Below, piece after piece: positions 14,021-26,473 of a DNA stretch of 64,000 bases. The DNA is from Eledone cirrhosa. Lineage: Eukaryota. The translations under genes and the position numbers were made by a program. Where the stretch lies: the NCBI GenBank assembly GCA_964016885.1, contig OZ024743.1:192076001-192140000 (forward strand), in the 5' to 3' direction. Within the stretch, counting starts at the first letter, position 1, and each line of letters opens with the position of its first letter. The notes under the pieces were generated by a model. It saw only the letters and a list, made by a program, of their open reading frames with translations. It made no database searches and was not told where the DNA came from.

Positions 14021-14699
14021 TTCTGTGTGCACATTTTACTAGAATAGATAGACTGGCTTTAAAAAGTTTGAACATTTGGATATTATTAGAGCAATGACAT
14101 TTACAGCTGGATAGAATTAATAGTGCTGGTGATCTTCACAATAAAAGCACTCAGTGCATGCTATAAAGTGGTTGGTATTAGGAAGGGCATCCAGGTATAG
14201 AAAGTTGGACAAACAAAGCATTGGAAAGTCCCTTCAGTTTGTGTCAAAAGACACAGCATCTCCTCTGCACTCGATAGAAAGTATGACCATACATAAGCAG
14301 AATGCAGAGCCCTTGACTTGTCTGGGAGGTCAATAGCCCTACTTCAGTACTGACTGTCTATGTAGACCCATCCAAACCTTGCTAGCAGGGAAAGCAGGTA
14401 TTAAATGATAAAGGTGTGCAAGATTACAGCATAATAGATTGCACCATGGTGTAAATATGAGAAGTATATGCAGTAATTTATATTTGGATGTATAGAAGAC
14501 CTTTGATGGATGGAACCAAACTTGGGCACTGATTCTTATAATAATCTCCAAACTTTGTGCCACTACATGGCATAGAAACAGCTATCTTCTTTATCTCATG
14601 TTATGACTAGGCACTGCAACAGTCTGGGATTCAATGGACTACAGATCTCCAATCAATTAATCAATAAGTTGCACTGCTTGCATGGATTCCCTTGATGCT

Positions 14700-16015
14700 C
14701 TGTCACCATCCAATGCTATTGTTCATCATATTCAGCAGGTCAGAGGGATTGCAGTTTATGTTGTCACAAATCTGCTTGATATAAGTCTTGGCTTGTTGTC
14801 CTCTGATAGCTCTTCCTTGTATAGGCTGCCACAAAAGAACTTCACAAACAATTTCATCTTTAGCTCTCCGGTAAAGTCTATGCTAAGTGTCTGGCAAAGA
14901 AATGCAGGCAGATTGTTGAGTCCTAGCAACCTGATGAACAGTGCAGTTTTTGCCCCAGATGCAGCACAGCTGACCAAATATTCACACTGTGGCAGGTCTT
15001 TGAGTAAATCGTGGGAGTTTTGTCGACTTTGAAAAGGATTATGACCATGTTTCTCGGGACTTGCTGTGGAAGGTTTTGCAGAAGTGTGGGATCGATGGTC
15101 AGCTTCTTGCTGCCCTGATGTCTCTATACAAGTGCCCAAGTATTTGAGTTTGGATAAATGGTGCTAAATAGAAAGCATTCAATGTGGGAGTCGGACTCCG
15201 CCAAGGGTGCATACTGTCACCTCTCCTGTTCATTATTTACATGAACAAAATTGACATATGCAGCCGGGTTGGAAGTAGTATCATAGCTGATGGGTGTAAA
15301 ATTAGTTGGCTTTTGGAATTTGCAGATGACATGGTGTTACTTAAATTGACAGAAGGTGATCTCTGACTTGCACTTGATAGGTTTGATGCTGAGTGCTGCA
15401 AGGCTGGAATGAAAATCAGTGCTGTGAAAACTGAGACACACATCTCCTCAAGGAAACTTGCATAGAGCACTCTACATATGAATAAAGTTCCACTGAAGCA
15501 GGTAGAGAAGTTCAAGTATCTTAAGGCCATGTTTACAAGTGATGGAAGGAAGGAGGCTGAATTAAGTGCAAGAATTGCAGGAGCTGGTGCAGTAGTGCAC
15601 TAGCTTCAGCATTCAGAAATCAATTCGGTAATGACCAAAAGAATACGATCACAAATACAAGCGATTAAAATGGAGTTCCTCCGAAGGGTCTTTGGAGTAA
15701 CATTACTCGATAGAGTACATAGCTCAGTGATCAAAGAGTCACTCCAGGTAGAGCCACTACTTCTCTGAATTGAGAGATCACAGCTCCAATATTATAGGCA
15801 TGTAGTCAGAATGCCTAAGGAAAGAGTTACCAGGCAAAACCAGCCAGCAAGAGACTCGTAGGTAGACCCTGAGCAAGGTGGTTGGATAACATCTCGTGCT
15901 TGGGAATCCAGCCAGATCAGTTGGAAAACAGCTGCTTCTGACAGGACCTGATGGAACGAGTGTTTGAGGACTCTGCCCCCATGACCATCTCAGGAATATG
16001 TGGGCAAAGAAGAAT
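14700..16015 (+). mobile_element. Decayed RTE-clade LINE (family B), RT to 3' end
   Basis: Fragments FVDFEK, GVGLRQGCILSPLLFIIYM, FADDMVL, VEKFKYL, IERSQLQYYRHVVRM, with many stops. Confidence 0.8.
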
Positions 16016-16426
16016 AGATACCATTTAACATATTGAGAAAAAGTTAGTGCAAATTATAAGTGATAGCATAATGAGATACTGTGTAAATATTCCTTCTGAA
16101 TGAGATATGTGGCTTTCTTATTTAAACATATGTGGATTGTCAGCATTATTCAAGCATTGGATATATGCTTAGCAGTATGTTTTCCATTTCTTTCCATTCT
16201 GAAATCAAATCTTGCTGAGATCAACTTTGCCTTTTATCTTTCGATAAAATAAAGATAGTAGTCATGTACTGGTTGATGTAATCAATTTCCCTCCCCACAA
16301 ATTGTTGGCTCTGGGCCTAAATTAGAAACTATTATCTAAATATTTGTATTTTTTCTTTAGTGAATCATGTCTCCTTGTATAATGTGCAACCATTCAGTTT
16401 CAGTGAAGACATTTTTTTGTAATCTG

Positions 16427-16860
16427 TCACATAGTTTCTATATATGTAGTTGTATACTTGTTGAACCCATTGTAAAAACCTTCTAGCCCATAATTAGATA
16501 TTGGAATTTCTAATGAGTTGTCTCCAGTATTGTATACTATTAGAAAGAGTGGGTAGACTTTTCTTTTATCTTCTAGTTGCTCCATAACAGATGTTATTAC
16601 ATCATGTATAAATGCAGTTCTGTCAAATTTAATTGCAAAATTTTCAACTTCCCATGCTTCAAACATTGCACCTGATACTGGGTATGTATTGCTTCCAGGA
16701 CAAAAAACAACTTCCCTTTCAGCACAGGTAAAAATTGCATGAATACATGCTTTACAAACATTATAAAAGTGCTCACATCTCCAATAAATCTTCATTTTTA
16801 TGGTATTATCCTCATGCTATTCATAAATATAATTAACTGCATCACAAAATAATGGTTTTC
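16427..16860 (-). pseudogene. FLYWCH-type / Mutator-like (MULE) transposase relic, internally deleted
   Basis: KPLFCDAVNYIYE*HEDNTIKMKIYWRCEHFYNVCKACIH is FLYWCH-like (YWRC..CKA.IH). Downstream IPISNYGLEGFYNGF resembles the MULE C-terminal TNNxxEG[WF]H motif. Confidence 0.55.
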
Positions 16861-17136
16861 ACTTTCACGTTTCACATGCAATAGGCATCAAAATCATAAT
16901 ACAGGGGTAAGCAACAAAAAGCTTACCACTTCAAAGATTTAAATGGAAATAAAAATAAATAATAATGTGTTTATAAAAAGAATAATATGTGTTGATGCTG
17001 TATTTTATTTCTGAAAATTGTCATTCCAGTGTGCGAATATTGCTCAAAGTAATATCAGATATCCCATCATGAAGAAGATTGATTATTCCATCGGACATTT
17101 CAGATGAAGTTTTAGGGACATTGATATTTAAAAAAG

Positions 17137-17196
<60 letters not shown>

Positions 17197-17292
17197 GAAG
17201 TTATATTTAATTTGTTGGGATACAACAAGCAAATATTTTTATAACTGATATAAAGCACTCAACAAATTATTGGAGTAAAAATACGATATATT

Positions 17293-18166
17293 AACAAATG
17301 GAAACTATATTTATAAAACCATATTTATTTCATTATACATATTTCAAGGACACCAAGTCAAATTATGGTGCGCTTTCATCAGATAAAATATAATATAGAT
17401 CAGTTTTATAAATAAATATTGACATACCCTTAAAGAATGCAACCATTTCTGTTGGAAGCTCGCAGATAGTGGAGTTAGTAAATTTATTTAGTCTATTATG
17501 CAAATTAGTGTCGGATAGGTTTAAATCCCAGTAGATTTAAAATAGGCCGTTGGAGTATGGAAAAAAGAAAAAAGAAAAAAGAAAAAAGAGAAAGAAAAAG
17601 AGAAAAAGAAAGAGCAAACTCTAAGGAGGAAAACAAAAGAAAGAGAAAGAGAAAACCCTAAGTGAGAGGTTGTATTAACGTAAATTTTAAGATGAAGCGA
17701 TGAAGCTTATTTACTCCGCCTAACTCATCCACTAAATATTTATTTTTTCGCTTCATCTTAAAATTTACGTTAATACAACAACCTCTCACTTAGGGTTTTC
17801 TCTTTCTCTTTCTTTTGTTTTCCTTCTTAGAGTTTGCTCTTTCTTTTTCTCTTTTTCTTTTTTCTTTTTTCTTTTTTCTTTTTTCTTTTTTCTTTTTTCC
17901 ATACTCCAACGGCCTATTTTAAATCTACTGGGATTTAAACCTATCCGACACTAATTTGCATAATAGACTAAATAAATTTAGTAACCCCACTATCCGCGAG
18001 CTTCCAACAGAAATGGTCGCATTCTTTAAGGGTATGTCAATATTTATTTATAAAACTGATCTATATTATATTTTATCTGATGAAAGTGCACCATAATTTG
18101 ACTTGGTGTCCTTGAAATATGTATAATGAAATAAATATGGTTTTATAAATATAGTTTCCATTTGTT
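17293..18166. repeat. Long near-perfect palindrome (arms about 410 bp, 47-bp spacer)
   Basis: 17293-17700 is the reverse complement of 17748-18166. Confidence 0.92.
18070..18130 (+). ncRNA. Degenerate hammerhead-like motif (mirror copy on the minus strand at about 17330-17390)
   Basis: CTGATGA aagtgcacca...tggtgtcctt GAAA tatgta. Good stem II, but the cleavage-site/stem I register is not canonical. Confidence 0.4.
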
Positions 18167-18489
18167 CGCTACTTCTCTGAATTCAGAAATGACAGCACCG
18201 ATACTATGGGCATGTGGTTATAATGTTTCTGTAAAGAATCGCTGGACAGATTTTACGGGTAAAACCAATCGGCAGGAGACCCAGGAGAAAACTCTGACGA
18301 GGATGGTAGAACGTATATATATATATATATATATAGAATTGGTGCTCTGAAATAGCGATGTATACATGAATGTATATATAGTATACTTGGCAATATACTG
18401 TATGCTTAATTAAAAACATTTTGAAGACCTTGCGCTATTATTTTAAAGTAGTGACTATGTCACTTCTTTTTTCAATAAACAAAGGGAGA

Positions 18490-18535
18490 TAAGCTGACAG
18501 ATATGTTTCATACTGTTGGTAATCATCAGAGCTTA
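18490..18535 (-). ncRNA. Type I hammerhead ribozyme (second family)
   Basis: Reverse complement reads taagct CTGATGA t-tac-caaca-gta-t GAAAC atatct GTC^agctta. 6-bp stem I, GUC triplet, short stem III. Confidence 0.8.
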
Positions 18536-18905
18536 GCACCCGCCTTTGCCTGTTGAAAATTATAGATGTTGGATTCTTATAGAATTCCAGTGATAATCAG
18601 GAACTGATTATACAGAGCGATTGCCGGTCCAGCAAAAATTGAAAATTAGAATTGGTGCTCTGAAATAGCGATGTATATATGAATGTATATATAGTATATA
18701 TATATACATTACTTTAAAATAATAGCGCAAGGTCTTCAAAATGTTTTTAATTAAGCATACAGTATATTGCCAAATATACTATATATACATTCATGTATAC
18801 ATCGCTATTTCAGAGCACCAATTCTAATTTTCACTGGAATTCAATCCTGATTATCACTGGAATTCTATAAGAATCCAACATCTATAATTTTCAACAGGCA
18901 AAGGC

Positions 18906-19364
18906 GTGAGTACCACTCGGAAACTGCGCAGGTCCACCAATTATCGGTGAACCGGGCGACGTGTCCAGCCCATCTGAAATTGCTGCGCATATATTCTGTG
19001 ATGACGTCCCTCACACCGGACTTCTGTCTGATGACTTTGCTCCTGATGTGCTTTCTCAACGAGATTCCTAGCATTGATCTCTCCATGGCTCTTTGAGCCG
19101 TTACCAGTCTCTGCTCTTCTCTCTTCGTTGTAGCCCAAGTTTCACTGCCATATAACATTGCAGGTAAAACTGTGCTATTAATGAGGTTGGCGTGGGTGGT
19201 CTTGTCCAACCTCCCCTTGAGCACATCCCTTATGCCGTTGAATGCCTTCCATCCAGCCCTTACTCTCCGCGAGATCTCCCTCTCAATGTCTCAGCACATG
19301 TTCACTTCTTGTCCCAGGTAGACGTATTCCTCCACCTCCTCTATTTCATCACCGCCAACCACCA
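18906..19364 (-). mobile_element. Inverted 3' continuation of the family C RTE element
   Basis: VVGGDEIEEVEEYVYLGQ...RAGWKAF...VLPAMLYGSETW...FRWAGHVAR, the sequence expected immediately after DNVPTGQI where the plus-strand piece ends. Confidence 0.88.
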
Positions 19365-21910
19365 AAATCCTACTTCACCTCTGCAAAATCCTACTTCAGT
19401 ACCTCAAAAGTGGCGCAGCGATGACCCTGGCTCTCTGATAGCTATGGTAGCAGGACTCAATGTCCTGGCAGGTTTTACCATGCTACACAAGTATCAGACT
19501 ATTTGTCCGAGAGATGATTCATCATCTAGAGTTCAAAAGCTAGCTAAACTGAAGAGGTACCGGCCTGTCCGCCCAGCCAGTGGGATGGTGTCATCTTATG
19601 GCTAAAACAGCACAAAGAAAAGGGCCTCAGTACCCTGCGCGTCAATCAGGCCACTCCACGATGGAGGAGTGCAACCCAAGTGACGAGAGGCTGCTAAGAA
19701 TCACAGGTTCCCGAAGGCCGCCAAAGAACAGGACTAACCTTGCCATATGCACCTACAACTGCAGGTCTTTGGCAGGGGAGCAAGGACTGAACCACCTAAT
19801 GGAGGAGAAGAACATCAGGTGCAACGTGTTAGGGCTGTGCCAGACCCGCCAGAAGAAGGAGGCAAGTTCACGATGGCAAGATGGATGTGCCGTGAGACTC
19901 TGTAAAGCAGAGGGTACCAGATCGGTCGGAGGTATAGGGTTCATCATAAGTAAGGAATGGGCTTCGGAGATCGCTTCTTGCCAGTTTATATCGTCACAGA
20001 TTGGTGTACTGAACGTGAACCTCTCAGGGAAGGCCACCCTCAAGATCATCCAGACCTATGCTCCCACGAGTGCCAGCAACGACGATGAAGTGGAAGAATT
20101 CTATCGCCAGCTAGACAAAGTGCTAGCTGTGAAGTCCACTTACACTGTCGTGATGGGAGACTTCAACGCAAAGGTCAGACAGGGACGGCAAGGGGAAGAG
20201 TATGTTGGAAGATTCGGCCTAGGAGAGCGAAATGAGAGAGGAGAACGTCTGGTCACCATGGCGGAGGCGAGACAGCTCTACTTCGGAAACAGCCTATTCA
20301 GGAAGAAGAAGGAGAAGAGATGGACCTGGGTATCGCCAAATTCTGAGCACCAAAACGAGATTGACTACATCTTGGTCGACAAGCGATGCATACTGCAGGA
20401 CGTCTCTATCATAACGCCATTCAAAACAGGCAGTGATCATCGTCTGGTGAGGGCGAAGGTCATCATCGACCGGACGAGGGAGAAGAAGGCGCTGCATTTG
20501 GCGTCGAAGGGAGAACGCGCCCGGGTCTTCAACGACGCGCAGTTGCAGGAAGCCATCATGCAGGAAAACAGGTGTCAAGGAGACGGCATAGACGTTGACT
20601 ACGACTCACTGATAAGGGAACTGAAGGGGTGTTTGAGGAAGGCTAAGGGTGTGTGCCCGAGGGAGCAGAAGGGAAGAGTCTCGGAGGAAACTATGAAGTT
20701 GCTTGAGAAGAGGAAGAATATGAAGAGGACACCTGAAGATCACCTCGAATATTCCCTTCTCGGCAGAGTGATACGTTAACAAGTGAAGAGAGACTTTGAG
20801 GCATACCGGATGGAGAAGCTCCTGAAGGCCACAAAGGAAAAGAAGAGCCTCAAGAAATGAGAGAGAGACATGACAATGTACAGATCGGAGGTGACAACCC
20901 TGAAAAACAGCTGGAGTACTGGTCAGCGACAAGAGTGAGGTGGAAAAGGTTTGCGAAGAATTCTACACCAAGCTCTTCAAGTCTGCCGGGAATGTGCAGC
21001 CATTGCCGTCACTCCAACAGGAAGAAAATGTGCAACCCATCCTTGTCAGTGAGGTCGAAAGAGCCGTCGGCTTGATGAAAAGCGGGAAGGCGCCAGGGAA
21101 AGACGGCATAACATCGGAGGTGTTGAAGTCAGACGGAGAGTAGCTCTGGAAAATCCTCGCCAAGCGATTCACACACTATCTGGACGAGGGAAGAATACCC
21201 TCGCAGTGGAAAGAGTCGAATACCATCCTGCTATACAAGAAGGGTGATAGAGAAGATCTGAAGAACTACCGACCCATATGCCTGCTGTCTCACATGTACA
21301 AGCTGTTCATGAAGATAATCCTGAACAGGTTATCACATCATCTGGACGAACAGCAACCGAGAGAGCAAGCCAGCTTCCGGAAAAACTACAGCATGATGGA
21401 CCACATATTTACTCTGACACAACTGCTTGAGCGAGCAAAAGAGTACAAGATGCCTCTTTGCATCGCGTTCGTAGACTACGAGAAGGCCTTCAACAGCGTT
21501 GAAATCAACGCAGTGCTGAACTTGCTGCAGAGGCAAGGAGTCGAGGCGCAATACGTTCAACTGCTCAGGGAGCGGGTTGCGGATGCACCACTGACATAGC
21601 TCTGCTGTCATCACCCGTACAAGTGCCGGTCGAGAAGGGAGTGAAGCAAGGAGATACGATCTCTCCAAAACTTTTCACCGCGTGTCTCGAGCAGATCATC
21701 AGAGGCATTGACTGGCAAGGCGGTGTCATCATCAACGGCGAGATACTTACCCACCTCCGTTTCGCTGATGACATCGTACTCATCGCTGAAACCACGGATC
21801 AGCTTCAGACCATGCTGACGGAGCTCGACATCAAAAGCTCTGCAGTAGACCTCAAGATGAACCGCATGAAAACGAAGTTCATGCAGTCCGACAACGTACC
21901 AACAGGTCAA
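19365..21910 (+). mobile_element. RTE-clade LINE (family C), 5' UTR + AP endonuclease + RT, disrupted
   Basis: APE motifs CTYNCRSL, IIQTYAPT, MGDFNAKV, NEIDYILV, GSDHRLV. RT motifs NYRPICLL, FVDYEKAF, KGVKQGDTISPKLF, LRFADD. Several stops and frameshifts. Confidence 0.92.
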
Positions 21911-22056
21911 ATATACTATATATACATTCATATATATATATATATTTAACCCTGCAATGGACTGGCGTCCTATCTTGTACTCTCAGTCGCTTCACGCCAT
22001 GAAACCGGGATAAGCACTGGCCAAATGAGCCTTCTGGCTTAAGACAGACTTTAGAC

Positions 22057-22113
<57 letters not shown>

Positions 22114-22429
22114 GTAAAAAACTGGGAGGTTATATCCTTAGTAAATAGAGCACTCAGTCCAGAGGACGAGTTTGGTATAGAGTTAGTTCCACAACAAATT
22201 AACAAAATATACTTGAGGACGCACATTTCACTGAATGGATTTTCAACCCGTGTATGGCTGTGGTGAGAACGAAAATGTATATGAGCTGACTTAATTCTGT
22301 GCAATAGATTGGTGACAAGGGAGACAATTCAAATTAGACTGATGCTGGGGGTGACAATTTTCGTTTGAGGTAGTTTATTCCAAGTAAGATTTATGGTTAT
22401 CCCAGATCTTTCCAGTTACATAACAGATA

Positions 22430-23300
22430 CTTCAAAGCATGGGAACAGCAATTAAAAAGTTGGCTCTTAAGTTAAGGGAAGTACTATTGCATAACCTCTG
22501 CAAGATATTCACTCTTTCATCAATACACAGCTTACAGGACATTTCTCCATTTCAATATGACTTGGATTTGACCAGAACTTTCAATGAGAAATTCACATCT
22601 GCATCTTTGAGTGACCATATGTGGCTTGCCAGTTTCATAGATGATCACTTATTTGAGTGTCTAAAGGTCGTCAGATGGTTAAGAAAGTGTTCTTTAAACT
22701 GGCCCTCTGACATACCTACATATGTTTTGACCTCTTGCTGTTGATTCAGATGAGTGGCTGTAACTTTAGCCTCAAAGACGACTGCAGATATGTTACACTG
22801 TTGTTGAAGAGGGCAATCTTCTAGCCTTCTGCAAGAGCATCCAGGTGGGGGAGAGATCTTGGGGTTGGTGGTGATGTGGGCTTTTATATTTTTAGCACAG
22901 GAATATCTAAGTTTCATCCTGTGTCTATTGAAGATAGGTCTGTATTTATGTCCTTTGGGGAAGTGTTTGTCTGGGAGTGCCAAGAATGTCCTACCTACAT
23001 TGGTTCTAACACTGAGTAAGAATGGTGAGCAGAAGCAAATTATTTTCTTATTTATATTTCTCTTTCTACTGGTAGTGTGATTAGGAGGGGAGTAAGAAAT
23101 GTTATCCAAGAAGCCAATGTTGGCTAACGCAGTGTTATAGTAAGGTTCCACTCTTACTCAAAGATGGCCTTGTTAGAAAAAAGATTAGAAATCTTAGTGA
23201 TGATGTCTTTAATGAATTTTTTAAAGACGGTAAGTGGGTGACATGAGTTCTTGTGGATATAAGTTAACTTTTCATTAAGTTTGTGGAAAGGTTTGAATGT
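22430..23300 (-). mobile_element. Penelope-like element relic (RT thumb, linker, GIY-YIG endonuclease)
   Basis: TFKPFHKLNEKLTYIHKNSCHP; TNVGRTFLALPDKHFPKGHKYRPIFNRHRMKLRYSC; CSCRRLEDCPLQQQC; VVFEAKV...TYVGMSEGQFKEHFLNH; HMWSLKD...CKLC. This is the typical PLE order, with stops. Confidence 0.82.
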
Positions 23301-24057
23301 GTATATTTAAATGTAATTTCTTTTTTAAATATATATATATATCAATATGTGGTTGATGGCTGAGATAAAGAATACTTAATACCAATGTAGAGTTTAAATA
23401 TTCATTTTATTTAAGGCTAAATAGTGAGTCTTGTTACTCTCGAATTTCACCAGTTTATCACAGGGTCATCAGACAAAAACTCACACTGAATAGCAATGAC
23501 AGAACAAATAAGGGAAGACTCAGGGGGAAGGGGATTAATTGAGGAGGAGGAATTAAGACAAAGTGGACAGGATGGTAGTGGCAGTGGGGGAGGAGTAGAG
23601 CTGTGTGATGAAGATGATAATGGAAACTGGTATGAAATAATTTTAAGCTGGTCTGTGGCAGTAGAGAACAGCAGTTGGTGAATGTGAAGGTGGGTGTGTT
23701 GGGGGTAAGTGAAAAGGAGGAAAAGGTTGGTAGAATTGGCAGAATAAAATGGGGGAGGGAGTATATACAAACATACATATCTATACAAGTACACATGTAT
23801 GCACAAAGATTCATATGCATATATACATACACATACATATAAACATATATACACATAGATACATTCTGTCACTGCCCACTTTCCTGTCTTTGTAATCTTC
23901 TTTAATTTCTCATTCTGTTTTCTGATGAAGGACTAGCATCCAAAACCTTTTCCTACTATATTAAGAGTAAAACTAATAATATATTTGTTCGTTGTACCAT
24001 GTTATTTGCTTTATTATTTCTGTTTGCCTTGTGCATATATTTATATATATATATATA

Positions 24058-26163
24058 TCATCATCATCATCATTTAACGTCCATGTTCCACACTTGCATG
24101 GGTTTGGACGGGAGTTTTCCCACTTGAGGCAAGAGTGGTTGTCTTGCTCGCATAGGACTGTCTGGCAGGTTTTCTACAGTTGGATGCCCTTCCTAACACC
24201 AACCACATTTACAGTGTGGGGCTGGGAGGTTTTTACCGTGTTGCCTACACGGCCACATTACAGCGTGGACTGTCTGGCGGGTTTTCTACAGCTGGATGTC
24301 CTTCCTAACACCAACCACATTTACATTGTGGGGCTGGGAGGTTTTTACCGTGTTGCCTACACGGCCACATTACAGCGTGGACTGTGTGTTTTTTGTCGTG
24401 ACACCTACACGATCTCATTTGTTTCGGCCTGGATGTTGTGGCACCAACATAACTTTACATTGAAGAGGGCGGTGTGGATGGCGTGGGGGTGGTGGGACGG
24501 GGTGTATTTTGTTAGAGATGCCTACTGACTGTAGTAGGTTTTACTTTGTATTTAGGTAAGGCGGGTCTTCTCTATTACTGAGTACCGCCAAAGGTCTCGG
24601 TCCAGTGACATTGTCTTGGAGAGGTGTAAGTGTGTGAGGTCGGAATTTATCAGCTCGTCCCAGGTTTTTCTGGGTCTGCCTACTCCGTGGCTACCATCTA
24701 TCTTTATTGCCATGCACTTTGTTATACAGCTGTCGTCTTTCATGCGCATCACGTGACCATACCAACGTACCCTTCTCTCGAGTAAACAACATCTGATCCC
24801 TCTTATTTCTAATTTTTTCCTTAGTTCGTTTATGCTTTGCCGTTCACGTATATTACTATTACACATCCAGCGGAGCATGCAAGCTTTGTTCCTCTCTAGT
24901 CTGCGTATATCCTCTGCACACAATGCCCAGGTCTCACTGCCATGCAACATTGCTGTTCGTATGCAGGCATCATAGAACCTGCCTTTCATTTTTAGGGAGA
25001 ACCCTTTAGCGGCTAATAGTGGTTTAAGCTCTCTGAACTTTTGCCATCCAGTTCTGACTCTAGCTACTGTACTTTCAGAGCACCCTCCCCCACTGCTGAT
25101 TTTGTCACCCAGGTAACGGAAGCTGTCCACTATTTCTATAGAACCCTCTGCGCAATTGAAAGAGCTAGTATTTTTTGGGCACTTGCTGCTACTTATTGCA
25201 CCAGAGCACCGGCCACATGTAAAATCTATGTTCTTAGTTAGCTTACCTGTGATCCCACTACATCTTTTATGCACCCATACTTTGCATTTGGGACATAAAA
25301 TGGAGTTTCTACCTACGCCTTTCCTACACACTGAGCATGGCCATTTCCCGGAAGGGACCGGCGCCTTATTTTCTTTCCTACAAACTAGAACTTTAGTCTT
25401 AGCCAGGTTAATTTTAAGGCCTTTTGATTCTAGGCCATGCTTCCATGTTTGGAATTTCTTCTCTAGCTCGGTCATTGATTCAGCTATGAGCGTTAGATCA
25501 TCTGCGTATAGGAGTTCCCATGGGCAGCCGGTCTTGAACTCCTCTGTTATAGCCTGAAGGGCAATAATAAATAGTAGGGGGCTAAGAACAGAGCCCTGAT
25601 GGACACCAACTTTTACGCTAAACTCTTCACTATATTCATTGTTAATTCTAACCTTGCTGACTGTTTCTTTATACATGGCTTGTATAGCTCTCACAAGCCA
25701 TTCGTCAACACCTAGTTTTCTAAGAGCCTACGAGATAATGGAACGGGGGACTCTGTCGAAGGCTTTCTTCAAATCAACAAAAGCTAAGTATAGGGTTTAC
25801 TTTTAGCTAGGTACTTCTCCTGTAGTTGTCGTACAATGAAAAGAGCGTCTGTGGTACTTTTGCCTGACACAAACCCGAACTGCATTTCATCTAGATCAAT
25901 TCTCTCTCTGATTAGTTGCGCTATTACTTTTTCCGTGACCTTCATGACCTGGTCGATTAATTTAATGCCTCTATAGTTAAACCTATCTAGGGCATCTCTT
26001 TTACCCTTGTAACAGTTAATGATGATGCTGCTATACCAGTCCTTCGGAACAACCCCATTCTGTATGACTTGGTTTACTATCCGGGTGACCATGGTGTGTC
26101 CCACCGTTCCAGAGGCTTTCAGCATCTCAGCAACTATTTCCGAAGACCCAGCCGCCTTACCCG
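24058..26163 (-). mobile_element. RTE-clade LINE, 5'-truncated family A copy with a disrupted frame
   Basis: Near-identical protein to 3560-5221, split into ORFs 25784-26125 and 24552-25694. About 110-bp tandem duplication in the 3' UTR and a (TGA)n tail. Confidence 0.92.
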
Positions 26164-26473
26164 ATATATAAATATATCGAGTGAGTTAATCGGCCGGGCG
26201 CACCGAAAATGATAAATGGAAAAAATGAAATGAAATTTCATTTCTCACTCTTAGTACGGCTGTTACTTAAATATAAGTATGTATACGTACATACATATAT
26301 GTATACAGACATACAGTAGTATGTATATATATACATACATGCACACATATATATATGTACGTATGGATTTACCGAACATTTATTATAATGCTCGGTTTGT
26401 TTGTAAACAAACATCCCAGATTAAGCCGTAGTGTCTCGCAAACATTGTTGCCCTTTTGTTCAACACTGACAAA

